A DNA stretch of 64,000 nucleotides from Eledone cirrhosa (Eukaryota): NCBI GenBank assembly GCA_964016885.1, contig OZ024742.1, forward strand, positions 187,736,001 to 187,800,000, in the 5' to 3' direction. The position numbers and the translations under genes are program-made. Shown piece by piece: positions 26,140-39,837 of the stretch (positions are counted from its first letter, which is position 1; every line of letters begins with the position of its first letter). The notes under the pieces are model-generated. The model was not told where the DNA came from. It saw only the letters and a program-made list of their open reading frames with translations, and did not search any database.

Positions 26140-26609
26140 TATGAAGAACGTAAAATATGAAAATTATAGTAATTAGCTTACTTACTTAAATTTCACTCCA
26201 ACTAATTAGTTTCTGAAAGAGAATATACATGGAGATCATGGAGAACCTTTTCGTCACCAGGGAGTCATTCTCAGCTAAGATACGTGGCGATGCGTGGACA
26301 CAGGGAACTTATACAAAAATATTCAGTGGATGGAAAAGAGCAAGCGGAGACTAAATTCCGAGACACTGAAAAAATCACTGCCTTCTTGTTCTGTGGCAAA
26401 TTCAAAAGAATCAATCACGTGACATCGAGGTTAATCAGTGAGGAGTGGGGTGGTAAAAAGACAGCAGCCAAGCTATTACTATGAAATATATTAGTAATTT
26501 TGGCAAATTTTTGCTCAACAAAATAATTTTGAGTATATAACTATAACTAATTAGTTGGAGTGAAATTTAAGTAAGTAAGCTAATTACTATAATTTTCTTA
26601 TTTTACGTT

Positions 26610-26615
<6 letters not shown>
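26140..26615. repeat. Inverted repeat with ~72-bp arms around a ~330-bp core (MITE or pLTR-like)
   Basis: aaaattatagtaattagcttacttacttaaatttcactccaactaattagtt and its exact reverse complement. Confidence 0.75.
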
Positions 26616-26686
<71 letters not shown>

Positions 26687-26689
26687 TAA

Positions 26690-27040
26690 AAGGAAAAGAA
26701 AATGCTGACAAATTGTTCCCAGTGAAAAATAGTTTAATTAGGAATAAGTAAAAATTAGTAATAGGTTTTAAGTTTTTACCGGTTGCGCATTTCTAATGCT
26801 TTTCAAAAATAATTTTGAGATAGAGCGCCCGTGATGTTTGCTCTAAGCTGATAAGTTTTGGAAATTCTACCCGTTTTATGTAAAAAAAAGTGGCTCCAGA
26901 TGTATGGAAACATTCTTGTGATCAAAATAATTTTGATTGGTCGGTCGAGTTCATGTGAATGTTAAAAATTGATTTTGCGCCAAATGTAGGTTTGTCTCGG
27001 CTGATTGAGAAGTCACTGAAAAATAAGTCTTTTAAGACAA

Positions 27041-27072
<32 letters not shown>

Positions 27073-27301
27073 AGTAGTAGTAAAGAGGTTCGTTGTTGCG
27101 ATAATGGTCAGCAGGGATGTGTGTGCGAACGGCAACCTGCTGACAGGTCAGCAGTTCAGATGCCTATTAAGACACATGTCTGTGTGTGTAGCAGAGTAAT
27201 TCGTGGTAGTGGGATCGGTCAGTAGGAATGTGTCTGTACGTGGGTGGGGGATATTTTGACATGTTAAAAAATATTTTTCAGCTCTTGTCTTACACGGAGA
27301 A

Positions 27302-27333
<32 letters not shown>

Positions 27334-27909
27334 CTCTTTGTATGTTAATGTCTGGCCTATGTATTGTTCTGGACAACCTGAGCAAGTTAATACATATATT
27401 AGATTTTCTGATGCGCATGTGAAATTGTGTTTTACTATAAAACGTTGTCCTTCTTTGAAATAGAATTCCGAACCCTCTATTAGGTTGATGCATATGCGAC
27501 AGTTGGGTCTATCGCATGTTTTTACTGTGGGTTTCGTTGTTGTGGTTGGCAGTACTTTGGCATGTGTTAGGATGTTTTTCATTGACTTAGATTGTCTTTA
27601 GCTCTTTATGATATTGTGTGTTCGAAGGATTTGGTTCATTCTATGGTCCTTTTTTAATACAGGGATGTTCTGGAGGATGGTGTCAAAGGCCTCATTGTTG
27701 AGGGGGTTGTGTGTGGATATGTATGGAAGAGCTTTTAGTTTCGGTTGATTTACTTCAGGGTGTCTAAGGTCCTGGGTACTGAGTTTTAGGGCACGTTGGA
27801 TTCCATTGTCAATTAGTGATGCAGGGTAGTACCTGCCTATGAGTGTGTCCCTTAGTTCTTGTAACCGTATGTAACAGGTGTTTTTATTGGAGACTATAGT
27901 ACAGATTCT

Positions 27910-27910
<1 letters not shown>
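26690..27910 (-). mobile_element. Penelope-like element (Neptune-type CxxxxCxxC linker), 5'-truncated
   Basis: KTCDRPNCRICINL...FTCASENLIYVLTCSGCPEQYIGQT. A degenerate HHR lies at 26773-26812 (TTGAAAA gcat tagaa atgc GCAAC cg GTA). Confidence 0.85.
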
Positions 27911-27979
<69 letters not shown>

Positions 27980-28404
27980 ATATATATATATACATATTAT
28001 ATATATATATATATATATGTACACATTCTTTGAACATGTAAACTTGTATTTTATATTTTGTATTTTTCTCACGTCTGAATGTTGATGTTTGGTTTGTTAA
28101 CGTTCATAAGTTCATAAGCTATTATTGTTATCTTCACTCTGTATTGTACATACAATTGTATGTATGTATTAATTTGTACATACAAGCAACTCCATTGAAC
28201 AAGCGGTCTATTGATTTCTAGATTCTTTGAAATTATCTATTTTCTTGTTTGGTCTGCATTATACAAAATAGACAATACATGAAATAAACAAAGATTCCAA
28301 TATATATAAACAGTGCAAATCCTATATTTTTGGCGTCCAAGATATTTATATGATAACATAGCTATGAAAAAAAAATCAGTGTGGAAGATATAGATTGTTA
28401 AGGT

Positions 28405-28715
28405 AGATATAGTAGGTGTGGCGCGGTTGTAATGAAGACGTTCTTAGTTTGATCCTATTGCAGGGTATATTGGCCAAATTGTACTGTATTTACCATAGTG
28501 TTCAACTAAAGCATTCTAAGTGGAAGTGGCCAGACAGAAGCTGTTTGGAAGCTCATCGTATGGACTGTATATTTAATGCAAAGAGTCATGCTTGTTACAC
28601 ACACACATACTGTCACGCTGAAACCCCCAAATAATTATAGTTAAGAGTACACGTGTCAGTGGAACACTAATCCACTAACACGCTAATTTCACGAGTATGT
28701 TGTTCAGGTGATCAG
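28405..28715 (+). mobile_element. Old tRNA-derived SINE
   Basis: gtaggtgtggcgcggttgtaatgaag... head; body similar to 49745-50090. Confidence 0.5.
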
Positions 28716-28774
28716 GTGATTGTAGAAGAGGAAAATGATGGCGGAACATTTCTTTTTAGTGATATATAAATTTT

Positions 28775-29045
28775 CGTCATGAAATCCCAGGAGATTTCAA
28801 TCTCGTGACCGTTTGCAGCGGACGTCGCTGGCCACTGTCCGCGGAAATGACTTTGCAGTTCAGTGTTTCCGCGGCCTAATAGTCCTTAGTCTTTCCCTCC
28901 TGTTCCTCTCATTTATGACATATATAGTCATTTTCTTCAACTGTCCTATACAGCCAGATCTGCTCTTCCTTACCCCTTTCCCCCTTTTACATTACTTAAT
29001 TTTCTTTTATATTTTCTTTCATATTTCCATCATTGTATAAATTCT
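28775..29045 (+). mobile_element. CRE-like non-LTR retrotransposon 3' remnant
   Basis: QRTSLATVRGNDFAV resembles the C-terminal FQRxSxAxxRGN motif, followed by a pyrimidine-rich 3' UTR. Confidence 0.55.
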
Positions 29046-29059
29046 GTTTTGTAAAATAT

Positions 29060-29230
29060 AGTTGACAGAATGAGCATAAAATCATTCCCTGCTTATAAAA
29101 TCCCATATCTCAGATACTATTTCAGATTTTATTTTCATAGTTTTAATTTATAAATTTCAAGTTTAAAGGTTTTCTGAGCATATTTTACATTATTTTGTGA
29201 TTTTTTCAAATTCTTTATGCTCACCCTGTA
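29060..29230. mobile_element. Tc1/mariner-type MITE remnant
   Basis: tgagcataaaatc ... ctttatgctcaccctgTA. Confidence 0.5.
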
Positions 29231-30944
29231 TATTTAACCTACTCGATAAATAAAATACAGTTAATTTGTTCTCGGCGTCATTTTAAGAAATTGTGTAGCT
29301 TACAAGAAATTATGACTTTGAAAAATAAACAAGAGATTTTTTAAATTCCAAGTAATGTATATTAGTATCCGATTTATGAAACATTGGAAGAATCATAAAT
29401 CTCTATTATAATTGTGCTGCCGTTGTGTTTGTCTGTCTCGGACGATCGCTATGATCGTTAAATGTTCTAAAGTTGTGTTTGTATGTGTGTGCGAAGAGGA
29501 AATATTCTAAAATGTTATAAATCAAAGTTTTGTGGACGGTTTTATCTATGTATTTGTATATCTATCTGTCTGTCACGCCTCTTAACTTTTAGTATAATCT
29601 TAAATCTATTTTAAAATATAGAAACATAGCTTTTCTAAAAGTTGCTGAAAAGAAACAAATATATTGTCTGTGAAATAATGTTATGTACTTATTGTAATAC
29701 GATGTTCCTTTATCTTATGTGGTAACTTGGTTCACCACCATCTGCATGATTTATAAACCGTATGTTGAAGATGTTTATAAAATTGCTTATGTACTCTCAG
29801 GTTCCAAATAACACTGGAGGGGAAATCGGTAATTTTTCTACGCTGTCTCCGTTGACTATAAAAAAAAAAATATAATTTATCGTTTAGTTTACATATTGAG
29901 ACCCCGTCCCATCCCATTTATTTTATAATGTATGAGATTTCTGGTATTTAATACCTTGTTTTGTCATGTATAATGTTTTTTAATGTATAAAGAAAATTAT
30001 TTGTCGCAGGAATACCATCACATAAAATAAAATTTCGCCGGAGAAAGATGAAAGATTAGCAACATTTGATAAGCGGAATTGAGTGCGTGAAATAAGTGCT
30101 AGTGGGTGTTGGAAAAAAATCTGAAAAATTAATAAGCAGGTTTGGGGGAGACGATTATTCGAGACCCATTAATACAACGTCTCGGAAGAAGTATGATGAC
30201 AGGTCTCAGGTTGTAAATGATCAGGAAAAGAATGTTAAACAGAAGGTTGAGTTTTACAACTGCTCTGGTGTCTCGAATAATCTATGTCACCCTCACCACC
30301 CCGATCTTATTCCAACAGTCTCTCCCGCTTATTAAATTTTACAAATCTAACTCCGGCAAAATTTTATTCGAAGCGTTAGTATTCCTGCGACAATTAATTT
30401 TGTTTAGACATTAAAAAAAAAATATTATACATGACAAAAAAAAAAAAAAGAACATTATAACAAATCCTATACGTTATAAAATAAATAGGGTCTCAATATC
30501 TAAAATAAACAAATAATTTTAAGTTTTGAAAAATCAACGGAGACAAGCAAAAAAAGTTACATATCCCATCCCTCACCCTATTCCAACACCCCACGCTAAC
30601 AACAAACCACCCTATTACTGGGGAGATTAATACAGAAACATTATAAATAACCAAAAGATCAGTCATTATACAGTTAAAGAAATAACAACACAGATATTGG
30701 ACTGCAAAGACTGTCTTATTAGTACCATGTGTAGGAGGAAGTAGAGGAGCAGTCGGTGTTTCGGAAACACGCAACACACACACAAAACACACAACACATG
30801 CACACACACACACAACACACACACAAAGAACACACACACAACGCACATAACACACAAACATAACATACAGCACACACACAGACAACACAACAGTTTCAGT
30901 TTCAGTTTCCGATTACCAAATTTCACAGACTCGGTATTAGTTAA

Positions 30945-31445
30945 CCCATGGCTTTAGTCGACACTGACCCTAGGTGCCACACAGTAGCCCTGAACACGAA
31001 GACGTAGATGGAAAGAGAACTGTTTAACCACGTGGTCATACCTGCTCCTTTCTATAGATATGTGGTTGAAAAGAGAACTTTAATCATGCGGTCATCCCTG
31101 CTCGTTTATAGATACGGGGATGAAAGAGAACTCTCTAACGACCTGGTCATACCTGTTCCTCTTTATAGAGACGTGGTTGAAAAGATAAATCTTTAACGAC
31201 GCGGTCATCCCTGCTCATTTATAGGTAAGTGGTTGAAAAGAGAACTCTTTAACCTCGTGGTTATACCTGTTCCTCTTCATAGAGACGTGGTTGAAAAGGT
31301 AACTCTGTAACGACGTGTTCATACCTGTTCCTCTTTATAGAGATGTGGTAGAAAAGAGAACTCTTTAACGACGTGGTCATACATAGAGATATGGTAGAAA
31401 AGAGAACTCTTTAACGACACAGTGATACATGCAACTTTCTATAGT
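30945..31445 (-). repeat. tRNA-SINE head followed by a ~56-58 bp x ~8 minisatellite built from the SINE 5' end
   Basis: Unit agagacgtggttgaaaagagaactctttaacgacgtggtcatacctgttcctctttat is the revcomp of the SINE A-box region, contiguous with the SINE body at 30945-31000. Confidence 0.8.
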
Positions 31446-31851
31446 TAAGACACTGATTGCCTGTGAGAAATAGATTAGTGCGTTAGATATAGAAGATATA
31501 TAGACAGATAATTGAGAAAGAGTGGGAGATATTAGATAAGAATTATGTAGCATATATTTAGGTTTATTATTAGTAATTATGGAAATACTAATGTGATTGT
31601 AGTAATTCTATAATTATAATTTTAGCAATTTAAATCAGTCTGAACCAATAATGTTTCTGTGTGTAAAAATGTTTGTAAGTGAATATATGTAGTATATATG
31701 TATGTTTGAATGTATATGTGAAAGTAAGTAGTATGTATATGCATGTAAGTGTAAATGTTTTACTAAATATGTGAACATATATAGTATATATGTAGTTATG
31801 CATGTATATCTATGAATATATGAATGTTTGAATGTATATGTGAATATACAT

Positions 31852-31889
<38 letters not shown>

Positions 31890-31914
31890 GTAATCTGAGT
31901 TTTTCAAATATTAA

Positions 31915-32103
31915 TAATTGTTTCTACTTTAGGCACAAGACCAGCAATTACCCAGTGCATTACTGGTACTTTATTTTATCGACCCCGTAAGGATGAAAGG
32001 CAAAGTCAACCTCGGCGGGATTTGAACTCAGATCGTAAAGGGACGTAACTATGCTGGAAAGCATGGCGTCCGACCCTCTACCGATACTGCCAATCCACCA
32101 CCC
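31915..32103 (-). mobile_element. Full-length MetaSINE-like SINE
   Basis: Consensus match; TSD ttcaaatattaataat. Confidence 0.93.
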
Positions 32104-32222
32104 TTCAAATATTAATAATAACATTCGATTCGTTTGCAATTTTGCAAACAAGCCTCAAATTTATAGCCATGTCAGGAGAATGAACACTTCATTCTTGCTC
32201 TTATGTTGGCATGGGAACAAAA

Positions 32223-32267
32223 CAGCAGACACTAATGTTTCTGGGTATCACTCTTCATCAGTACACC
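32223..32267 (-). ncRNA. Hammerhead ribozyme (family G)
   Basis: revcomp ggtgta-CTGATGA-a gag tgata ccc a-GAAACA-ttag-TGTC-tgctg; weak stem II. Confidence 0.7.
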
Positions 32268-32799
32268 TCACTGTTCACCTGCCAAACTGTTCGCATGCCA
32301 ACATAAGAGCAAGAATGAAGTGTTCATTCTCCTGACATAGCTATAAAATTGAGGCTTGTTTGCAAAATTGCAAACGAATCGAATGTTATTATTAATATTC
32401 GAAAAACTCAGATTACATTTATTGTATTCAGCCATGTAGAGCGAAATTTTCTTTTTTATATATATTATGTATATTCACATATACATTCAAACATTCATAT
32501 ATTCATACATATACATACTTTCACCGCTGATTAATTTTGTAGGGATAGTACATTTTGGACTATATTATCCACTGTATTGTTCGCCATAAGGGTGTGTGAT
32601 GAATATATTGTATGTTTTTCTATCTGCTCCGTCATCGGCTTCGAACTAATCTAACTCTGTCGCTATATTATGAGTTTCTCTTCTCTCATGAATAATAATA
32701 AAAATATCACAATGTCATAAAAATATAACGTAAAACTACAATGTGTGGTGCTCTACAGCCAATTATCAGCTTCCATTATATTAACAGAAATCCCGTTGA

Positions 32800-33385
32800 C
32801 CAGTGGTAGTGTTGGACAAATGCTTATGGGTATTTCGTTGTGGCTCTTTACTTTCTGGTTTCAAATCCTGTTGAGGTCCACTTTGTCTTATGCCTTTCTG
32901 GGTTGATTAAATAAAGAACTAGTCAAGTACTAGAGTTGATTTAATCAACTTTGCCCAGTGGTTAGGTTGTTGAGCTCACGATAGTCAGACATTTAACTAC
33001 CTGTCCGGGTGACGTGTTGTCCTTGATCAAGATATTTCATTTCATGTTGCTTTCAGTTCACTCAGCTGAAATAAACTAGTTGCAGCAACACTTGTGCCAA
33101 TCTGTATCAGCCTTTCCTCTCTCGTGGACAACATCTCTGCAGTGGAAAATGACGACAGATATAATTCGGCGACTGCTATTCTACAGTAAGAGCTCCTTGC
33201 CTAGGGACTTGAGCTATGGAGATTCATGACCGAATGTGTGATGAGGAGGATAAAGATCCCATAACTTCTTGTGGAATCGTAGAGGCACCGTCATACTACC
33301 TGGTGGAACCCAACTCTCTCCAGGTCGGAACGCAGCCGATTTTTTCTATAGAGGAAGAGTCAACCCCAGTACTGGACTGGTACTT
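32800..33385 (+). mobile_element. Diverged MetaSINE-like copy (32800-32950) followed by an old tRNA-SINE with a Nin/Deu-like core (32953-33385)
   Basis: ggtttcaaatcctgttgaggtccactttg; gcccagtggttagg...tccttgatcaagat...cagttcactcagctg. Confidence 0.6.
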
Positions 33386-33699
33386 TTTGGTTTTGGCTGT
33401 TTATTGTCTATTCCGATTTTCCTATATGTTTTACTTATGTTGATTTTGGACAAGTAAAATCGATGTCTTTTCTATCTAAATTCGAAAAGTTATTCGCATA
33501 AGTTATTCATATATAGCACAAATCGATATTAAATTATATTTTGATATATTATACATAAACATATAGCAACTATAGTTTACAAACAGATGTTATACAAAGA
33601 TGGAAGTATGTGAAAAACGATAGAAACAAAATTAAGTAATGAAAAAATGGGGGGGGGGGGTAAAGAGAGGCAGATCTGACTATATAGGAAAGTAGAGTA

Positions 33700-33902
33700 A
33701 AGGACTATAAATGCCATAAATGAAAGGAAAAGGATGAAAAGAGGAAAGACGTAAGCTACGGAAGAAAAAGAGGGGAAGGGGAGAGGGTACCAGGTTCTGT
33801 GCCTGTGTTGGGCGGTGTTTCATTCCGATTTCATAGAGGAGCTCGGCTGTACCCGAGGACGCCTGAGGTCTCGCCAGCGACTGATGCAAAGAGAAAGCGG
33901 CA
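33700..33902 (-). mobile_element. CRE-like retrotransposon 3' remnant
   Basis: revcomp translates FASVAGETSGVLG..AELLYEIG, similar to 41940-42020. Confidence 0.5.
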
Positions 33903-34946
33903 AATATAGTTCATTAAAAATACAGAAAACTGTCTGTACTACCTTGTTGAGTCAATAAACAGAGCAAAGTTTTCAATGAGAAAGACGTGTTTGGTCTAGG
34001 CAAAGTTTTCATATCTTAGTTTGTTTGTAACTTTGGCAGTTATATATGAACTTTATTTCAAATTTCAATTTTTATTTTTACATTTTGCAATAAAGCATTG
34101 CTCTTTCGCTGTATCGTTGTGTTAGCTAATTACATATCATGACGCAGCATAGCACCAAGGTGTGCAGTCTCAGATCAACTGGTTTAAGAACTGATCAACA
34201 GCTACACTCTCATACAGGCACAGACGCTCACACACACACACTAACACACAGACACTCTGAAAGACAGACACACCCACAAAGACTAACACTTACATACGCA
34301 TACTGGCACTCACACACACACACCCAATGGCACAGACACACTATCACCCTCTACATCTACAGTATATGTTCATTACTGATCTCATTTCATGCAATATTTC
34401 TTAATCATATTACCACATAAATATATTCATGAGATTCTGTCGGTTAATGTTACAGAAACAATAGACACCGGCAAAATGATGTACAACCTATACTTTATAA
34501 CCTCGTAATTAGGAAATCAAATGAACCACTATTCCCTTAGGGAGGAGACTTAAAGAAATAAATGCTTATGATTATCTAGAAGCGAGTTACTTCAGCGCTT
34601 CCCTCCCTAAGAGTCGATAAAACAAAAAAGGCAAAGGCAAATACAAATATAACCTTGCCCCAAAAAGTGAAATCCTATTTATAAATAACTAGACAATAAT
34701 ATTATGTTCGGTTAATCTTTCTTGTTGAAGAATTATCTTTGTTCTTCTGATAATATATAAGGCATCATTATTTTTTTTACTTTCTTCGCAGCTATATGAT
34801 ACGTTTTCGATTGCATCTGGTGAATAATTTATTTCCTTGTATAATTGCTTTGATGCGTAGCATACATAACACACACACACACATGTTTATAAATAACTGT
34901 GTAAACACATACATACATACATACATACATACGTACATACATATAG

Positions 34947-35000
<54 letters not shown>

Positions 35001-35329
35001 CTATATATATGTGTATATAGTTACATATTTACACTACTTAAAAACACAATATCATGAGTGTGTCTTTAATAGAACACATATGTTATGAACGAACGCTTAC
35101 TATATGTGAGGCTCTGCGTGAGTATAGACTTACGCATGCTATTGTCTGACATTCTGTCTCTCTCTCTCCTTTATATATATATATATATATATATATATTC
35201 TAATTTATTTATTTATATTTATATATATATATATTTAATGAGAAAATGTGAAGTAGCTTCAGATATTGAAGTCCTTGATTGGTAATGCTGTGATACATAT
35301 TTCAATGACGACAGTGGCCACACGATTCC

Positions 35330-35530
35330 GTGTACCCAGTGCCGTGACATCATCAGACAGCTTCTTATATAATAAGGTTACCTTCCCAAGCAATCCAAAC
35401 AGAAACGACAAGGAACGGACAATGCATGCGTTCTTGAATCGCCTGCCCGTTCCCCCGTGGTCAACAATTCACCTCACCAAGTCTGCGCAGGCGCAAACGG
35501 AAGCTGATTATCCACTACACCAAACTGACC
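35330..35530. promoter_or_regulatory. Candidate housekeeping-type promoter/enhancer
   Basis: NRF1-like TGCGCAGGCGCA next to ETS-like ACGGAAG (35484-35503) and CRE-like TGACATCA at about 35345, in unique GC-richer DNA. Confidence 0.35.
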
Positions 35531-36423
35531 AACAACTAGGATAGGCAGCCCCCCCCCCTCCCACCCTTCCAACCAAACAACCACCCCATCCAGGTTGGTA
35601 ATATGACACAAGTTTTCTGTGATTTGCCTTGCCAGTGGCAGCTAACCGAAATCTAGTGGTGGTGGCAGAGTATGAGTTTCAATAGGCCTTAACACTACCC
35701 CTAATCTATGCCTGGACAATGGGGTTGACCATCCCCGCTATGAGAATATAAACTTATTTCTAGATATTATGATTTCACAGTGGTAATTAAAAATTAAACG
35801 TTAAAAACTTGATTGAAGTGAATAAAAAAAATATATATATATAAAGAGTAAATAGGGAGATGTTTAAATTAAAGTAAGAAGTTTAGAAAATGGGGTCCGT
35901 ATTGGATACTTCAGATATATTATCAATATATTGAACGATAGTACCGTATAGTAGAACAGAAGATAAATTAAGGTATGAAACGTAGTAATTAGGTTAACAA
36001 TTATTTAATATCTTCTACCACATGAATCAAAACAAAACCAAAAGAAAAGGTACATAGATGCAAAATGAGAGAGGAAACATGTATGAGAAAAAATATGTGA
36101 AAAAGTACATATGAGAAAGGTAAACATGTGTATCGGTATGGTGATGATTGTGTATATATATAGTGTGTTGGTATGGTGAACAATTCATAGCGATTCTACG
36201 ATTGCCGGTAGAAAAATTCATGGACTGACTATAAAAGAGTGATGCTAGCGCTGTGAAATCGAGCATGCATTAATTTCACCGTTTCTTATTAATAACTGCA
36301 TTGTATCTTTGAATCATAAACCTCCTTTGGTTATTCCACGTGAGTATCTTTGTAAGCCTATGAACTTTTCAGCTGACCCTCTTAAATATCGGAATATATT
36401 CAATATACAAACATAACTCACAT

Positions 36424-36443
36424 ACGTGTGTGTGTGTGTGTGT

Positions 36444-36524
<81 letters not shown>
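36424..36524. repeat. (GT)n microsatellite
   Basis: Direct reading. Confidence 0.95.
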
Positions 36525-36530
<6 letters not shown>

Positions 36531-36717
36531 TTTATAGAGGATTTGGTCCCCTTTTTGAATAGTTTACGACGTCTGTGAAGAATCTAGGAAGGTTCTAGAA
36601 ACCTTTAACATGGATTTACTTTAATGTTCTAAACACACTGTAAGGAACTCTGTAAAAGCATAACAGTAATGTAGTTGAAGAAGATAAGGCTACAGCACTC
36701 GTATTTTCATTATTACG

Positions 36718-36883
36718 AATTAGCAGTATCGGTAGAGGGTCGGAAACCATGCTTTCCAGCATAGTTACGTCCCTTTACGGTCTGATTTAAAATCCCGTCG
36801 AGGTTAACTTTGCGTTATAAAATAAAGTACCAGTAACGCACTGAGTAATTGCTGGCCTTGTGCCAAAAGTAGAAACAATTATT
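36718..36883 (+). mobile_element. MetaSINE-like SINE with internal deletion
   Basis: Consensus match. Confidence 0.88.
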
Positions 36884-36900
36884 ACACACACAAATATATG

Positions 36901-37116
36901 CAGTCTGTTCGCTTTTTACGCGAACATGAAGTACGAGAAGTCGTTTTAAAGCCTCTTGAAAAAATGTCATTAAATATTCACTTTTCGCTAATAACGGGCT
37001 ATAACGCGTGTGGTTTAAACAATTTTTTTTTTATGGAAAAATTAGATTGAATTACGCGAATTTGCTTTATGCAACGCATTCACGAACGCATCTTCGCGTG
37101 AAAAGCGAACACACTG
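36901..37116. mobile_element. Tigger/pogo-like MITE
   Basis: TIRs cagtctgttcgctttttacgcgaa / ttcgcgtgaaaagcgaacacactg, with TA on the right flank. Confidence 0.75.
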
Positions 37117-37127
37117 TATATAGATAT

Positions 37128-37252
37128 ATAATTGTTTCTACGTTAGGCACAAGGCCAGCAATTACCCAGTGCATTACTGGTACCTTATTTTATCGACCCC
37201 GTAAGGATGAAAGGCAAAGTTAACCTCGGCGGGATTTGAACTCAGAATGGCA
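37128..37252 (-). mobile_element. 5'-truncated MetaSINE-like SINE
   Basis: Consensus match; tatatagatatataat duplicated. Confidence 0.88.
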
Positions 37253-38427
37253 TAACATTATATATAGATATATAATGTTATGTAACTTACATGCATGTAC
37301 GTGAGAATGCTTGCAGAGTTAGGCCATTTTCAAATAAATATAGAATGTAGTTCAGACGTAATTCTGGTTACTAATTTAATCAACACAGCACTTCATTGAA
37401 CATTTAGTATTGATAATTTAGTATTGATCGTCTTGATCAGTTGTGACAGCAAATTCTTTTCTGGATGAGAGAAACCAACGGATGTGTGTTCATGGTAATG
37501 TTAAAATATTTAATGTAGAAGATATTAAGGGGTTTACAAGCAATAATTGCATGGCCAGGAAGAAACATCATTAGTCAATGCTAAATCTCTTTCTCAGTAT
37601 ACCATTAGTATGGGAGACAACTGCCGCCAGGTTTTTTTTTTTTATTTTGACTTCATTAGGAACAGTAGACATATTCAACTTTCCACAATAGAGGATTCAT
37701 TAAGAAGCAAGAATTGATATTTAATATATTTGAGTTTAATACTTGTTACAAAGAGTAACAGTTTATATAGAATTTTCGTCGAAGTTATTAAAAAGTGAGA
37801 AAGACTGTAATGTAGGCGAAATTTTGAATTAAACAATTATCGTTGACATAATTATTTTGTATACAGAATATGAGTCTCTAGTTCAATGCCATTTAAATGT
37901 ATTTATCAACAAACCCACGAAATAAGTATATATATATGAAAGGTAAACAGAAATAACAACACAATGAGTACAGTATATGGAAGGAATATATTAGTTTAAC
38001 GGTTGAAATAGCAGTATGTCTTAACGATTGAAGGCACGGGCAGGGCGGAATCGCAAAAAAATGTTTTTAGAGAAAAATACCAGGTCCATTTATGTTGTCA
38101 TCTCTTGGAAAACATATATATATTCAACCAGGTTTGATGGTCTTTCTTCTCTCTCGTTCACGATTTCACCGAACTTATATTCATGGAAATTTGGGATTTG
38201 AGTCGTTCTTCCTCATTTTTCGTTGCTTCACCATCTTTGTTTGTTTACACTCTCGCCGTTCCCTTTATTTACGTGTCCCAACGACTTTCTTTAGCCGTTG
38301 CTCGCACCAATCGGGGCTATATCGTCTTTGAAGCGAAGAAATACCGATGATGGTTGGAAGATCACTGATGAAGGACCACTTTATTTATATATATATATAT
38401 ACATATATATATATGTATGTATGTATA

Positions 38428-38581
<154 letters not shown>

Positions 38582-39250
38582 AGTTCCACAACAAATTAGA
38601 AAAGCATACTCGAAAACGTGCGTTTCACCGAGTGGATTTTCAACCCGTATATGGCTGTAGTGAGAACGGACGTGCATATGAGGTGACTGGAGTCATCAAG
38701 ATAGACGGCGAATGTTAAAGGAATGTTTCGAAATATAACTAGGCAATATTCGCATGTAATCATAAATAAATCGTCGGTGGAATTATCGAAAAAGTTTTAG
38801 GTTTTATGGATTGTGATATATACGTATTCTGAACCTTAGCGGTATAACAAGTCGTACTGATGACCCTAACTCTCGTCAATACCCTACATTTTCATTGCAA
38901 ATCCATGGTGGTGACAGGAAATGACGATATTACATATATTACACATAATTCATGAATTCATATTACAATATAGCGTTAGAACGATGCTTAGTATGTTATA
39001 CGCGTATATGTTTCACTAGTGTAAGATGTTCATGAGTGTAAGATGTAATCATCGGTGAGAAGATTGTGGAGAGGGAACTTTGTTGATTTATGAACGAAGT
39101 CTTTACATGTAGTTGAACTGTATAGAAATAGACATTCCCTCATCAATCTCACTGTTTTATATGCAGTCAACTAATGATTATTCTCACTTTGGTTACGATG
39201 TGAATTTCACAATCACATAGCTTCACTTTCAGCACCACGTCATGACTTAC

Positions 39251-39325
39251 CTGAATAAACGTTTTCTTTTCAATTTCTCGTTTACCCAATGGCATGTTAG
39301 TGGAATATGGAAGACAGAATTTATG
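39251..39325 (-). other. Candidate 75-nt exon
   Basis: ttcag acceptor with upstream pyrimidines, CAG|GTAAGT donor, open in two frames; no recognisable product. Confidence 0.3.
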
Positions 39326-39837
39326 CTGAAGTCCGTTATATATATATGTAGGAAAAAGAAGGTGAAAATGCAATTGGAGCCTTTAAGAGGTTTATTTATT
39401 AAAACGTATGTTAATAGGTTTCGCAAGTCTCATGATTTTCAAAGGTTAAGAGAGATGGAGAGATGAGTGGCCATGCCGACATGTACACACACGCACAATC
39501 TGTGTGTGAACATGCGTTCTTAATAAAACAAAACAGGTATCGAGGTCGATATGATCAATTAAACATTGAAAGGCAGTGCCCAAGATGACTGCAGTCTAAT
39601 GAACGAAACCACTAAAGGAAAAAATATGAATAATAGAATAATTTGATACAGATTTATTCTACGTGGCTCTCAAAACTGAGACTGTTCATAATTATGTGAT
39701 TCTCTCAACTACTCTTCCACTATCAGAAGAGAATGATGGCATTCTCTTGACTGTAATCTAATCTAATCTGGCTGAGTTTACACTCACAAATAAGAAGAAC
39801 CAGGGCCGCCCATAGGAGCATTGAATTTGGTGTATTT

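Larger units (their letters stand above)
31888..32421. mobile_element. Fold-back element (family G) with an HHR in its loop; left arm interrupted by a SINE
   Basis: Arms 31888-31918 + 32105-32219 vs 32289-32421; homologous to 15048-15250. Confidence 0.85.

Noticed and set aside
31000-31445. CRISPR-like array
   Set aside because: Units are contiguous with no unique spacers, there are no cas genes, the context is eukaryotic, and the unit derives from a SINE head
38360-38385. CTGATGA motif
   Set aside because: No downstream stem II or GAAA; it runs into a TA tract
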